From contig NC_068986.1 of NCBI RefSeq assembly GCF_001194135.2, positions 42,690,213-42,754,212 on the forward strand: 64,000 nucleotides of DNA, read 5' to 3'. Shown piece after piece: positions 38,496 to 51,949 of this stretch (positions are counted from its first letter, which is position 1; each line of letters starts with the position of its first letter). The position numbers were made by a program, and so were the translations under genes. The notes under the pieces are model-generated. The model saw nothing but the letters and a program-made list of their open reading frames with translations, had not been told where the DNA came from and did no database searches. The stretch is from Octopus bimaculoides. Lineage: Eukaryota.

Positions 38496-39016
38496 ATTGC
38501 ATGGAAAAATGCGAGCATGAAAAGTAATATTCTTAAGATTATAAACATGGAAAAGTACAGGACAAGTTATTACACCTGGGAAAGTATAAGACAAGCTATT
38601 ACTTCTTGTAAAGTAAAGAATAAGAAACTTTTTACTTGAAATATTGCAGCAAAGAATGCCACTTCTTCTAATTTATCACTCTTTACAGTTCTCGTCTTTT
38701 AAATTTATTGTACAAAACTGTTCAGCTAATTTGTAAGTTTGTATAATTAGTCGCTTTTTTCTGTATTTAAGGTAGTAAATTAGCCAAATTCTACTTAAAC
38801 AAGTATAGTGTTATTTGTAAACTATAATAAAATAATTTTTAATATTCAAATTTTAATTTTTACTGCAATATTTTAAGTAAAACATTTCTTATTCTTTACT
38901 TTACAAGAAGTAATAGCTTGTCCTATACATTTCCAGGTGCACTAACTTGCCCTGTACTTTTCCAGGTTTATAATCTTAAGAATATTACTTTTCATGCTTG
39001 TATTTTTCCATGTAAT
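38496..39016. mobile_element. Fold-back/MITE-like element with ~155-bp, ~90% identical terminal inverted repeats
   Basis: 38496-38653 aligns by eye to the reverse complement of 38858-39016; ~200-bp AT-rich spacer; no ORF. Confidence 0.75.
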
Positions 39017-40329
39017 CCATGATTTTTCCAGGCATTGCTGCTATAAGATAATTGATAATGTGTCAATTAATAATTTAAGATTTTAACTTATAAAATACTG
39101 AAAAATAATATTTCAATTTTTCCATGTAAGTGATGATATTTCAATTTTTTCATGTTTAATTTAAATACATGTTGCGATTGAATTATTTGATATAACCCAT
39201 CCACACCAAATTAATGGCAGGGAATTTTACCATCTTGTTGGTTGCATCATGGTTCACCAAAAGTTACAAACAACAAAACCCCAAAACCAGTTACCAGGCT
39301 CACCTTAAGTAATCAAGATTTTGAGTTGGTGATAATAGCACTGATTGCTGCTAATCTAGATCTATCAATAATTATTCACTACAAAAGTAATTATAAAAGC
39401 ATATCAAATATACACAAATTAAAATTATCTACATCCCATTGATATAAATTTGATTTATGAAAATTCCCTTTTATTTAATTTTAAATTTAAAAAGTAAATT
39501 TAGAATATAAGCACTTTTAACCAGTACCTTTTCTGGACAGCCTTACTACATCCCTTCAGGTCTGCCCATAGAGACGCAGCCAAAAATGACTATATTCTTG
39601 CCCCAATAAATTTAGATGCACATATCTGAAGCATGTAATACATTAATAACTAGCCTGATTTTTATAATTAACTAAAAAGAAAAGGAAGCAACTAAAAAGG
39701 AAAAGCAAAAAAAGCAGAAAGCAAGTTAATTAAAGCTGCAAGAGAAAATTAATAATAAAAGTTTAACTTACCCTAATCCAACAGCATATTAAAAATAAAG
39801 GTAAAGTCAACCTTGGTGGAATTTCAACTTAGAACGAAAAACTGCTAAGCATTTCGTCCAGCATGGTAACATTTCTGCCAACTCACCATGTTAGAATGTA
39901 AATATTCATTTTAGAAATATATTCTTATCTTTGGGGTGTTACTTCTTACTTGCTCACTTACTGACAATAAATTTCATGACATTTCACCTCATAACTTTTT
40001 TTCTACTAATTTTTATTCATGAATTTTTCATGCATTTTTCTATTATACTTTTCTAAGAAAAGTATACTTTTATTTGAAAATTAAAAAAATTATGTTACTT
40101 GAAGATGAATAGGTGCCTTACTGCCCCACCCCCCTGAGGTTGCAGATATTTTGATGTAACTCTTTTTCTATTGAACCAAATCTCAAAGTGTAACTGTGGA
40201 GGTGTCCTCTTTAAAACTGTCAACAGTTTGCAATTTAGTTGAAAACTGAATTAGTGGTGAAGCTTGGAAGCTGATGTGATTGATGAAATGATGGACTTCA
40301 GAATATATTCATCCACTACCATGGTTGAA

Positions 40330-40426
40330 TGATATATGTATGTATATATATCTACATATATGTATGTATATCTACATACATATGTATATATATATGTATG
40401 TGTGTGTGCATGTGTGTATTTGTATG

Positions 40427-40492
<66 letters not shown>

Positions 40493-40664
40493 TGTGTATG
40501 CATTTATATATATATGTATGCATATATATAATATATATATGCATATACATATGTATGTATATGTATGCATATATATATATTATGAATAATATATATATAT
40601 ACTATATTATATTTAATTGAAAGCCATGCATCCATTTCCAAGTATATGTATGTATGTATGTATG

Positions 40665-40699
<35 letters not shown>

Positions 40700-40947
40700 A
40701 TATCTACGTGTATGTATGTATATAAATGTATGTATATATATGTGTGTGTGTATGTGTGTGTGTATATATCTATGTGTGTGTGTATATCTATATATATATA
40801 TATATATATAATATGGAAATATTTTATTCACAAATGCATTGTAATAATGCTGAATAGTATTAATAGGAGAGAACATGTGTGTGTGTGTATGTATGTATAT
40901 ATGTTTGTATATATATATGTCTGTATATATATGTATATGTATGTATG

Positions 40948-41002
<55 letters not shown>

Positions 41003-41035
41003 CTGTATGTATATATATGTGTGTGTATATATATG
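40330..41035. repeat. Long compound (TA)/(TG)/(TATG) microsatellite field. Others: 1-35, 2062-2181, 10265-10342, 14456-14518, 37060-37160, 37490-37790, 41305-41406, 43650-43745, 60090-60820
   Basis: Directly visible simple repeats. Confidence 0.95.
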
Positions 41036-41343
41036 CATGCTGTTCTTTTTTATAACAGGAAACTTGCCAACATGATTCTTAAGCAACCATTATAAACATT
41101 TGTTTATTATATACTAAGTATATTGAATTTTTTTCTAAGAGAAACTGTCATAGTAACCAAACGGATATCTAAATCAAAGACTTCTGCAGATTGTTTCAGT
41201 ATGTTATGTATTTCTAGCAAGAAAGAAAATTCAGTAAATCTTAACTGCTGCAACATGTCCATCTTTATACACATGCAAAGTCTTTAAGTCATTTAACCAT
41301 CTCTCTGTCTTTCTCCCTCTGTCTCTCTCTCTCTCTGTCTCTG

Positions 41344-41407
<64 letters not shown>

Positions 41408-42055
41408 ACATCTTGTTCGTTTCTCACTCGTTAACTGTCAAGAGAGAAAGATGAATAGACAGAAAGTATGAATGATAGAGTTTATTTAACATTGCTTTTC
41501 AATTAGTTATGAATGAGTTGATTTCGAACCACATGTCATATAGTTTGAGGAATTGGGAAACATATTAAACATTACAATATTTCTGTAAAGAAAGTTAAAC
41601 AATAGTTTATTTATTTACTTTTCTTTTTTCATTTAAAACTGACTTGAAAAATACCAAAATTGACATAATTAGGACAAACTTGACAACTCTCTAATAGACT
41701 TTACCTTTTGAAATAAGTGTAGTGTATATCCTTGGCAACTGAGAGAGAGAAATATAGATTTTAATTCTTAGTGAATTTAATAGAAGTTTATGAAGATATA
41801 CTAAAGAAAAGGATTTAATATGATAGAGATAGCTTTCAGAGATGACAATATTCCTTGCATAGAACTGCTAAATGGTTTGATATACACCTTCCCTTGTTTA
41901 TCGTTAGTTCTTACATCACTGATCAGGGATAACTCAATATGCTCAATTGTGAACCATGTTATGCTTATCCTGAATTGATTTGTGATATCATGAGTCAGCA
42001 ATCAATCAAAGATTCTGTTTGGACTGCAAAAGAACCACCCAGCAGTCTTGGATCA

Positions 42056-42290
42056 TAGGCGAGCTGGCAGAAATGGTTAGCACGCCGGGTGAAATGCTTA
42101 GCGGTATTTCGTCTGCCACTGCGTTCTGAGTTCAAATTCCGCCGAGGTCGACTTTGCCTTTCATCCTTTCGGGGTCAATAAATTAAGTACCAGTTATGCA
42201 CTGGGGTCGATATAATCGACTTAATCCGTTTGTCTGTCCTTGTTTGTCCCCTCTGTGTGTAGCCCCTTGTGGGCAGTAAAGAAATAGAAA
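42056..42290 (+). mobile_element. tRNA-derived SINE family B, young copy
   Basis: A-box-like tggcagaaatgg (42065-42076), B-box gagttcaaattcc (42128-42140); CpGs preserved. Confidence 0.85.
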
Positions 42291-42774
42291 TAAGTGAATT
42301 CAGTGAAGTTCAGCCTTGGGACAAACAACACCATAAGTAATATCTTGCTCACTGTGACATACAAATACTACCCATTAATGCATATTCTACAGTCTTCTAA
42401 AGATAGGCAATAATTTCTGGATCCTGCACATCTAACAAACTATACCCCACCATAATGATGGAATCATTGCATGGTATGATATTCTATGGTTGGATGCCCT
42501 TCCTAATGCCAATCACTCCAAGAGTGTAATGGGTGCTTTTACGTGACACTGGCACAGGTGCCATTTGTGTGATGCCAGTATCTGCCACGACTGCGATTTT
42601 GTTCAGTTTGATGGGTCTTCTCAAGCACAATATAAAGCCAAAGGTTTAGTCATTGCCTCTGTGAGGCTTAACGCTCAAAAGGAATATGGCCTAATTTTAT
42701 TTTTTTTTTTTTGTTCCTTTTTGCTGATAAAGAAAGCTCATCATCATCATCATCATCATCATTTTAATTATCAT

Positions 42775-44260
42775 CATAAGGCAGCAGCCTGGCAGAATGA
42801 TTAACATACTGGGCAAAATGCTTTGCAGCATTTCATCTGTCCTTATGTTCTGAGTTCAAATTCCACTGAGGTCGATTTTACCTTTCATCCTTTTGGAGTT
42901 GATAAAATAAGTACTAGCTGAATGTAGTTGACTTACCCCTCCCCCTGAACTTGCTGGCCTTGTGCCAAAATTTGAAACTATTATTATTATTATGGTGGTG
43001 GAATGGCAGAATTTACTGAGAATAGGAAAGAAAATTTCCATACATTTATTGCATTCCCTTTCCTTCTGAGTTGACATGTCACTGAGGTCAACTCTGTCTT
43101 TCATCCCGCCATGTTTGAAGGTAAAAAAAAAAATACTTGGGATGGATTGAATCAACTTCACCCATTCTCAAAATGTGTGACTTTCTGTAACTGTTAGAAA
43201 TGGCTTCAAATTTTTGGCACAATGCCAGCAACTTTAAAGGAATGGGTTGAGTCAGTTACATCATCTCAGTGCTCAACAGGTACTGATTTTATCAACAGTA
43301 AAAGGATGAATGGCAAGGTCCACTTCAGCAGGATGTGAACTCAGAGTATAAAGAACCTGAAAAAATGTTGCTAACCATTTTGTCTAATGCTCTAACAATT
43401 CTGCCAGCTTGCGACCTTGATAACAATAATAATAATATTTTTCTAATTCTGGCACAAGGTTAGGAATTTCGAGAGAAGGAGCAAGTCAGTAACATTAGCT
43501 CCAATACTTGACTAGTACTTTATTTTATCAACCCTGAAATGATGAATTCCGATGTTGACTTCAGCAGGATTTGAGCCCAGCATGTAAAGAGCCAGAAGAA
43601 ATGCCAGTGAGCACTTTGCTGGCATGCTAATGATTCTACCAACTTTATACCTTCTTAATAATGATAATAATAATTATTATTATTATTGTTATTATGATTA
43701 TTATTATTATTGTTATTATTATTATTATTATCATCATCATCATTATCAGTATTCATAAGGCACATGACTCAGTGATTAGAGCATCAGGATCACACTCATA
43801 AGGTAGTGAGTTTGATCTCCAGACTGGGCTCTGTGTTTAGTTGTTATATCACTGGTGCCAAGCTGTATCGGTGTTTGTCTTTCCCTTGGATAACATCAGT
43901 GGCATGGAGAGGGGAGGCTGGTATGCATGGGAATCTGCCGGTCTTCCATAAACAACCTTGCCCAGACTTGTACCTCAGAGAAGAACTTTCTCGGAGCAAT
44001 CCATAGTCATTCATGACTGAAGGAGGTCTTAACCCTTTAGAAGGATGATGACTGGCATAACCTACAAAGAATCAGATAAGATGTATTTGCACTTTTAGTT
44101 ATGCCTCTCTATTTTCTGAGTTCAACTACTGCCATCATCAACATTGTCTTTCATCTTTGAGGGACTGATATAATAATTACCAGATAAGTACTGGAGTTGC
44201 TTTAATTGAAGGTGCCCTCCACTGAAATTTGAAGTGCAGTTCTCATGTTACAGAACAGTA
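42775..44260. mobile_element. Cluster of diverged SINEs (family B-related copies in both orientations plus another tRNA-headed SINE at about 43760-44030)
   Basis: Repeated ttctgagttcaaatt/actttgcctttcatcc motifs: + at about 42780, 43000, 44060; - at about 43200, 43450. Confidence 0.7.
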
Positions 44261-46162
44261 GGATTTGTTTTTAGAATAGCATATTGGTTAAGTCTTATAC
44301 TAAGCTCTTTTTGGTATTTAGTTAGACTTCTTTACACACCAAGTACAAATCCTACTGGTTTAAGTTTAAGTTTCCTTCTTCAGGCTTTATAAGTAGTCAA
44401 GTACTATGATTGATTTTGTGTGGTTTGACTTTGCATTTAATCTTTCCAGTGTCACTACGCTAATTATTGATATTTCCACTCATTCCATTTTTGTGCATTT
44501 GCTAGTAAGTGGAGCAAAGACACTTAGCTGTTACTGCATGTAGGATGGTTCCCACTATTAGCCAAGACCTTCATAAAGATCCCTCAGCTGCCTTTGTTTT
44601 GACAAGGAGAGCTAGCAGTTTTCCTCCATCTTCTGGTTATAGCAAAGGGATTGCATAGTTCACACATTTTAAGAATTGGGGATAGGATTGTATTGCTTTG
44701 ACCAAGCCTTCGTCAACTTCTTTATGTATAAGATGAGGATGAAGATGCTGCCCTCTAGGAAATTTGATGAAAAGTTGGTGCAAGTGGCAAACTGTTGCAT
44801 GTGAGATAGGATTACAGGTAAGTTCACTGCCATCAATTCACCATGAGGAAAGTTTATCAAGAAAATATATCCATAGTATCTCACCAGTAATAGTTAAAAG
44901 CTATTTTATTGAAAGGAGAAATGGTGAATTGATGACAGTGAACTTTCCCTGTAGTGAATTGATGACATGGTGAGATAGCCAGTTCTTGAGTCCTTCTCAG
45001 AGAGTGTAGGTGAGAGAAGGTAACTACCCTGATTCACCATAGGTGGTGGTTCATATTTCATTGTGGGGTCTTTGTTTTATTTCAAAATCCTTGTAAAGTT
45101 TTAATCTGTTTTTTTTTTCCATGTTGTGTTACATTTTTATCATCTCCAGTTTTATTGCATAAAATGCTTTGTATGTATTTGTGAGGTTCTTGCAGCCCAT
45201 AAAATGGATTATTATTATTATCATTATTTACAAAGTTTGATTGGACTAGATAAAATGGGTGTAATCTTGGATCAACATTAAAATAACGCAAAACATATCA
45301 GACTAATAAAATAAAGCATTTTCAATTTGTTTAAATTTTATCTCTTCATTTAGATTGCACTGATGTATTAATATTTAATGCAAAACGGACTAAAGCAATA
45401 GCAGCGATTTCACTTTATGTATATTGCATGCACACACACTTGCACATTTTAAGTAATATTCATTGCAAATTCTTTGACTTTTTTTTGTTGTCATCAATAT
45501 TTTAACACGTCACAGATTTCCAACTAGAATGTATACTTTGATGGCTCTTCCCATTGGCAGTTTAATTGTTTAACTCACAAATGAAAGACATTAGAAATAA
45601 GCCAGTGTTGATATATGTTGCTGTCAAAGAGATATTCCTAATATAAACTTTTTTCCAAGAAAATCAATCTGCACTTGAATCTTTCTGAGAAAGCTGAAGC
45701 AATCAATCTTCATTTATGTTATATGGGTTATGTTGTTCTTATCGTTGCAGTGACTGCTTTGTTTATTGGCAAAAAAACTAACTTCACACAGAATGGGATT
45801 TAGATTTCTTTACCTATGAATAAGGTAGATGAGAATCTCATTGTAGTCATTGTGCTGGGTTTGTTGCCATCGCAGTTAGCTTTCATTGGACAAGTTCACT
45901 TTGCTGTGAGTCAGTTGCTATTTAACACCTGGGTAGTCTTGATTATACTGATGAAAGATATTCTGAACCCAACACCCCTGTTTTTCGTCTGTGACTACTT
46001 TATTCAAATATGTTAGTTTTTGTTTGGCTTTCATATTGCAAAGATAGATATCTTAGGTGCAGGTGTGGCTGTGTAGTAAGAAGATTGTTTCCCAACCACA
46101 TAGTTCCAGGTTCAGTCCTATTGCATGTCACCTTGAGTATGTATCTTTTACTATAGCCTTGG

Positions 46163-46276
46163 TCACAAAACTTGTCTGACAGCCACAACTTGGTTCTTCT
46201 GCTTGTGTGGCGTGGTGCAGAATCCTGTAGCCTGACATAAGGTCTTCCAACAGCCACCCTCTTGATTCAGGGCAGC
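46163..46276 (-). mobile_element. Short fragment of the same Tc1/mariner transposase
   Basis: Encodes IKRVAVGRPYVRLQDSAPRHTSRRTKLWLSDKF, homologous to 38185-38295. Confidence 0.75.
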
Positions 46277-47874
46277 TGTACCAAGCTCTAGTCATTCATT
46301 TTACTAGCAACTGTATTTACATGAATCACTATGAAATTTTCAATGCGTTCAGGCTTACTGCTATTACTATAGTAACACTATGCCAGTTCTTTTGGACTGC
46401 TAACCTCATCTTCCTTGAAGAATTTCACTAAAACCTGAAAGATTCAATGTATCTGTTTTAATGAAGATATTAGGATGAGAGAGACCAGCTGCTATGTCCT
46501 GCAAGTACCATAATATTAAGTCAAATTGTGTGTGATAAGTAGCACACAGTTTACCTAGTTCTGAGAATGACTTTTTACAGGCCCTGTATTAAATATTAAG
46601 CTATTAATAGATACATCTTTCATTTTCAACATTATCAAGGGAACAAAAAAGAAGCTGTATGTGTGTGGGTAGGTGAGTGGGTGTTCTTTTTTATTGTATA
46701 TTTTGTTCAAATTCCAGCCCTTTGCTCTCTGCATTTTGATATTTAACTGATTGGAAATACATACTTTATATTCCTTTATCCTATTGTTATCACAATAATG
46801 AATTCTTAATCATGTTTTTTAATACAAAAGCATCATCTCTTTCTCACACTATTGGTATTGTGGGAATTTTTATTTCAGATATTATGCACTTTTGGTTCTT
46901 AACTCATTTAATTTTGTTGCATCTCCATTTCTTTCCTTGGGCATTTTCTGCAATTTAAATTTTCTCTTTTTAATGATATTTAATTAATATTTTCTGATTT
47001 GGGTTTTCTGCCTACTGTTTGTTGTACTTTGCTTTTAGAAATCACGATTGTATTGCATATTATATTATTTAATTTATTATTTGTATTTTGGTTTAGTACA
47101 AGTAAATTCCTACATATACATTAATTTGAAGTTGAAGATAAGTTTCTGTTTTTGCTTCCTTTGTCTTTTAATTTTCTGTCTTATCATTTTTCTTTTATTT
47201 CTAATACATTAGTCAACATCTAATACACAGAGCTACATGCCTTCCTCCTTGTTATCATCATTATAATGCAGTTAATTGGCAGAGTTGTTACAGCATTGGA
47301 TAGAATGCCTTGCAGTATTTGTTCTGGTTCTTTGTGGTTCGAGTTCTATTCCCACTAAGGTTGACTTTGTTTTTCATTCCTTTACGATCAATAAGTACAA
47401 CAAGTACTCACTCTGTTTCTTTCCCTCTCCCCCTCTCTCACCTTCTCACCCTTCTTCTTTTTTGAAGAACCAAAACAGAGCTTTCACATTCCAGGCTTTA
47501 TCAATCAATTCACTACCATCCTGTGGATTTGCTGAGAAAGAAATAAAGTATCACTACCATCAGTCATTGCTTCACTTTTTTTTCTTCTTACTCACATGAT
47601 CTGCCACTTCTCTTTTTATCCTATGTCATTTATAAACCCCAATGTTTTCATATAATACAATTTCTTATACATCCCTTGGTCTCCATACATTGTCACCGTA
47701 TGCCAATCTTTAATCAGCACAGCATATTTCCTTCAACAGATGTCATTCTTTTTTTTTTTTCTTTGTGCGACTCTTCTCCTGAACAGCTCAACTAATCCTT
47801 TTATTAGCCAGCCACTTCTTTTAAGTTCACTTACACTTCATCTTAAATGCAACTTTACAACCAACAAATCATAT

Positions 47875-48102
47875 TTAGCCTTTTCTTACCATATTTATTT
47901 TGAAATGTACTGCCTTTATTTCAATTAATTTTGAAAATAATGAAGAATTTATTAAAATAAATTTGTCATTATTAAGTTGGTGTTTGGGGCATAAATCAAT
48001 ATGAAATTTTGATGGAATATTTTAATTTAGATCACCTTAAAAGAGGGACTTAGTATCGTAGCACCAAGTATGGTTTCAAGATGGTTGGTAGCAAAAAGTT
48101 AA
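47875..48102 (+). mobile_element. Second putative TTAA-type MITE family; partial reverse copy near 20210-20330
   Basis: ttag-ccttttcttacca ... tggtagcaaaaag-TTAA imperfect TIRs; interior shared in reverse with about 20250-20300. Confidence 0.45.
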
Positions 48103-48912
48103 AACTTTTTCTTCTCCCTCTTTTTCAGATCTTCCATATTCGATGCCAATGCTGCATAACCATTCAGCATCACTGTTCTTTCCTATGCCACTTCAGTTAT
48201 ATTTCCCTTCACACTGAGAAATAATTCCTTTATTGCCTTTAGGATTACCCATTCTCAGAACTTCATCTGACTTATTCTTTTTTCAGTTACTGGTCCCTTT
48301 ATTTTGAGTAGAGTATCGCCTATTGCTTGCACTGAAAATATTATATTGAATTATCAGTTTCTTCTCTTCATACTCCCTTGTAGTTTACCTTGTCTTGGAT
48401 TTTAGCATTTGATATTTAGAATTTTTACTCTATAACATTCGCCAAGATTTGGAAAATGCAATTTTGTTGAGCTATTTTTAATCTTCAATTGAAATTATGT
48501 CTTGCTATGTGAGCTGTTTTATTCTTACTTTATTTTTAAATCTCACTCTATAAACCCAGTATATTAACAGTCTTATATTTGTGCACCATTGTTACTTTTC
48601 ATCTATATCCAACCCTATGCTAATAAGATTATTGCTTACCTCTATCTTTCTCTCTTACTGCATACCAGCACTATTCCTATATCTTAACAACTTGGTTTCT
48701 TGCAAAGTCTATAAACAAATGGAAAACCATATAACATCCTACAGTATAGGCTAGCAATGGAAGCAGCATTAGTACCAAACAGCAATCTGTATATCCTACT
48801 TAATGTGGATATACTATAAGAATGTTATGATACTGTGGTATTCATCTTAAGAAAGTATCACATATAGATATATAATGTCAGTGGTAGATGAAAAATTTGC
48901 AGTACTGGCAAT

Positions 48913-49217
48913 GAAACATTTAGATCATGTGATTTCTGCATATTTGCACATCATCATCAGCAGATATCAAATATAACTGCATGCTAGCCAAACTTCACCT
49001 CTACTGGTATATAGAATAAAACAGTGACTTTTTTGGTCACTGGTGTCACAAATAGCTGGTGGGTTGAATTAAAATTAGTATTAGTGACACCAGCAACTGA
49101 TTAGGCATTGTTTTCCTATATGTCACTAGAGGTGAACTTTGACTAGCATACAGTGATAGTGGATACCTGTTACTGATGATGTGCAAGTATGCAGAAATTA
49201 TATGGTCTAGCAGTTTC
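48913..49217. repeat. ~305-bp imperfect palindrome (fold-back)
   Basis: gaaacatttagatcatgtgatttctgcatatttgcacatcatc... pairs with ...gatgatgtgcaagtatgcagaaattatatggtctagcagtttc; pairing continues inward to a ~20-nt loop near 49060-49080. Confidence 0.8.
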
Positions 49218-49559
49218 ACCCCCATGGCAGGGCATTTTTTTGTCTGTTTCTATGCTTTTTAACACTATACATTTATATGAGATGCTTTCTCAAGACAAAT
49301 ATTGCAGTCTTAAGGTATTCTTACTTTATATCCATGTTAAGTAGGATATACTGATTTCTATTTGTTAAGTTTATGTATTCCACTTAAACCAAACTTAGCT
49401 ACACTTCTTGTTACATTTACTGAGTCTCACTTTACTTGTTCTTCTTTTCAAGAACTGCATTCAAATGAATTTCCATTTCCAGAGATATATAGCTGTGGAA
49501 CTTTTAGAATAAAGTTTAGCCAGCAGTTAGTCTGATTATTCATGTTTAGTTAGTTTAGT

Positions 49560-49915
49560 TTGGCCATCCTCCCAGATACTTTGATGTTTCATGTGAGCAC
49601 ACCATCCATCACAGTCCCCCATGCACATGCATGTTCTTAATTCATCAACATTTGCCATACCACTGTCCTGACGCAAGTTGTCCACATAGGTTAGATGTTT
49701 TCTTCCCCTGTTGATTCTTCCTTCAAATGACTGCCATAAGACCATTTAACGCAGGTTCTTCTGGGTGCCTGACGGAATGACCAGCAATTCTCATTCTTCT
49801 CTGTGGATCTTCTCAGTCACTTTGGGTAGAGCTTGACTAAGTTGCTCATTGGTTAAATCGGCTCCCCATGTAACATTCAGAGCCATTCTTAACATTCTTG
49901 TGTAGCAGTTTGTCT
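49560..49915 (-). mobile_element. RTE-X-like LINE C-terminal fragment
   Basis: CYTRMLRMALNVTW...LPKVTEKI..MRIAGHSVRHPEE..VLWQ..GR.NRGRKHLTYVDNL.QDSG is typical of RTE/RTE-X C-termini. Confidence 0.7.
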
Positions 49916-51696
49916 ATTTTCAAAAACTTATAATGTTAAAATTAACATACCAATTGACGGATCTAAAGTACTTTAAGGAATTTGAATATGAATGCTCTCT
50001 AAAATGTCATTTTCTTGAACAACTTTTTTTTAAACAATATTTATGATTCTCATTTAAATAACACTTAATGTTGCCCTTTTCTATTTTATCTTATAATTCA
50101 TCAATTATAGTCACTCATGATATATTTTATGTGTTGTAGAAACATACCTGTGATTTTTAGATACAGCTATACTGCTATATTGTAACTTTAATCCTGCAGA
50201 AGTTATTGCTATGTTTCTTACATTCTGTAATAGTTTTTCCCTACATCAAGCCATTTCTCTTTGTTAATTGTAATTTGTGTCTTAATAAACTTGTGATCTA
50301 ATTATAATTTTTTTAGACATTTTTTCTGTCTTTCTATTAATGTGTTTCCTTTGATCTCCTGGTAATTAAACATCTTCAAGTCTTTATTAATTTTTTTAAA
50401 GTTATCTTCTTTACTGCTCCCATTAGCATTGTCTTTACGAAATGTGGTATCAGGTAGCTTACATTAATCAAAAAGAAATGAAGCATTTGTTGTGCATTTC
50501 ATCAATGATATTTTATCTACTTGTATTGTTCATTTGCCTTTTAGCATGTATACATCTCTATTTGTTGTTTTCTTCTTTCATTCCTATTGTACTATTCTTT
50601 TCAGTGTCTGTCCAGAATTTCATTCACATAATAATATATCAGATTTATTATTTTTACTTTATTATTTTCATGTTATTGATTGGGTTTTTTCTGTAAGAGT
50701 TTACTGTTTTCTTCTCTTGCATTGAAACATTGATATAATAATGATGATGATGACGATGATGATATGGAGAAAACATTTTACAAGATACTGAATAATTCTT
50801 GAATGAAAATTTTAGCCTACTTTTGAATTGCAAGATGGCTGCAAATTTCAAAACATCTCTAATTATTTACTGCTCTGATTATTTACCTTCTAACAATTAA
50901 ATTATTCTTTAACCTATTCACATTTTGAAAATTTTAGGAAACTTATGTAAAACTTCATTTATTGATTACTCTGTAAAACTTAATCCTACACAAAATGCCT
51001 ATCCTTGAATTTATTTTTTGTATTGTGCTATATTTTATTCGGAACACTAGTTTTTGCTTTTAAATGCAATTTTCATCCAAGAGAGAAATATTTCATGCCA
51101 ATTCTTTTCAATTGTAAATCAATTTCTCATTGGTCTTAGAATAAACCTGTTTTCCTCAAGGAATCTACTCTTTTGATTATATTATTTCTCTGATGAATTA
51201 TATATTCATAATTTGATGAATTGAAAGTTAAAATTCTTGTATGATGTCCTTTCCCATGAGTTGCCTCCAATGGAAATTCTTTTCCTACTCCTAGAGTACA
51301 TTATTGTACTACACTTACAGCTTGTGGGGATTTTAGTAAAGTAAGAAATTAGGTGAATCATAAACTCCAGTAGTTGTTTCCTCTCTTGAATCATTCTAGA
51401 ATGTGGAGAAATAGGAAATGAGCTGACAAAATAGAGAGATTACTACTTTCATTGAAAAACATCTTTAAGTGTTTGTGCTGCATGTTTTAGAATTGGAGTG
51501 ATTTATTCCTAAATACATCACTCAGTTATATTTGATTGCTGCTATGTATTCATCATAAGCTATATTTATCATATTTTCAATGGTGCATTATTTTTTATAT
51601 GGAATTTTCTTGATATCTAGTTTTTCACTTTTATTAATGGAAGCAGTTATTATACTTAGCATGTTCTTGACTTCAGCAATTAACATTAGTAAATGT

Positions 51697-51912
51697 TTAA
51701 CCCTTTAGGATATCTGGCCAAACTATTCTTCCTGTTTTATGTTCAAATCAGCTAGATCTGGCCTCTCACATCTATGCTACAATGTTGTTCTTAAAATAAA
51801 CAATCACATCATCAAAATCCCATAGCAATAAGGTTAATGCGTGATTAATTCATAACAACGTGAATAGATAAGTATTACATTTAACAGAGAAGTCTGAATG
51901 CTAAAGGGTTAA
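51697..51912 (+). mobile_element. TTAA-flanked MITE family 1, cleanest copy
   Basis: TTAA-CCCTTTAGGA ... TGCTAAAGGG-TTAA. CCC termini plus TTAA duplication are piggyBac hallmarks; no ORF. Confidence 0.85.
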
Positions 51913-51949
51913 ATGTTTAAGATGAGTTGTTGTCATTGATATAACTCTA

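Noticed and set aside
42056-42145. tRNA gene
   Set aside because: A and B boxes are present but there is no cloverleaf; continues into a SINE body found in many copies.
45225-45310. Possible decayed hammerhead (caaaacatatcagac)
   Set aside because: Both core halves would need several substitutions; unsupported.
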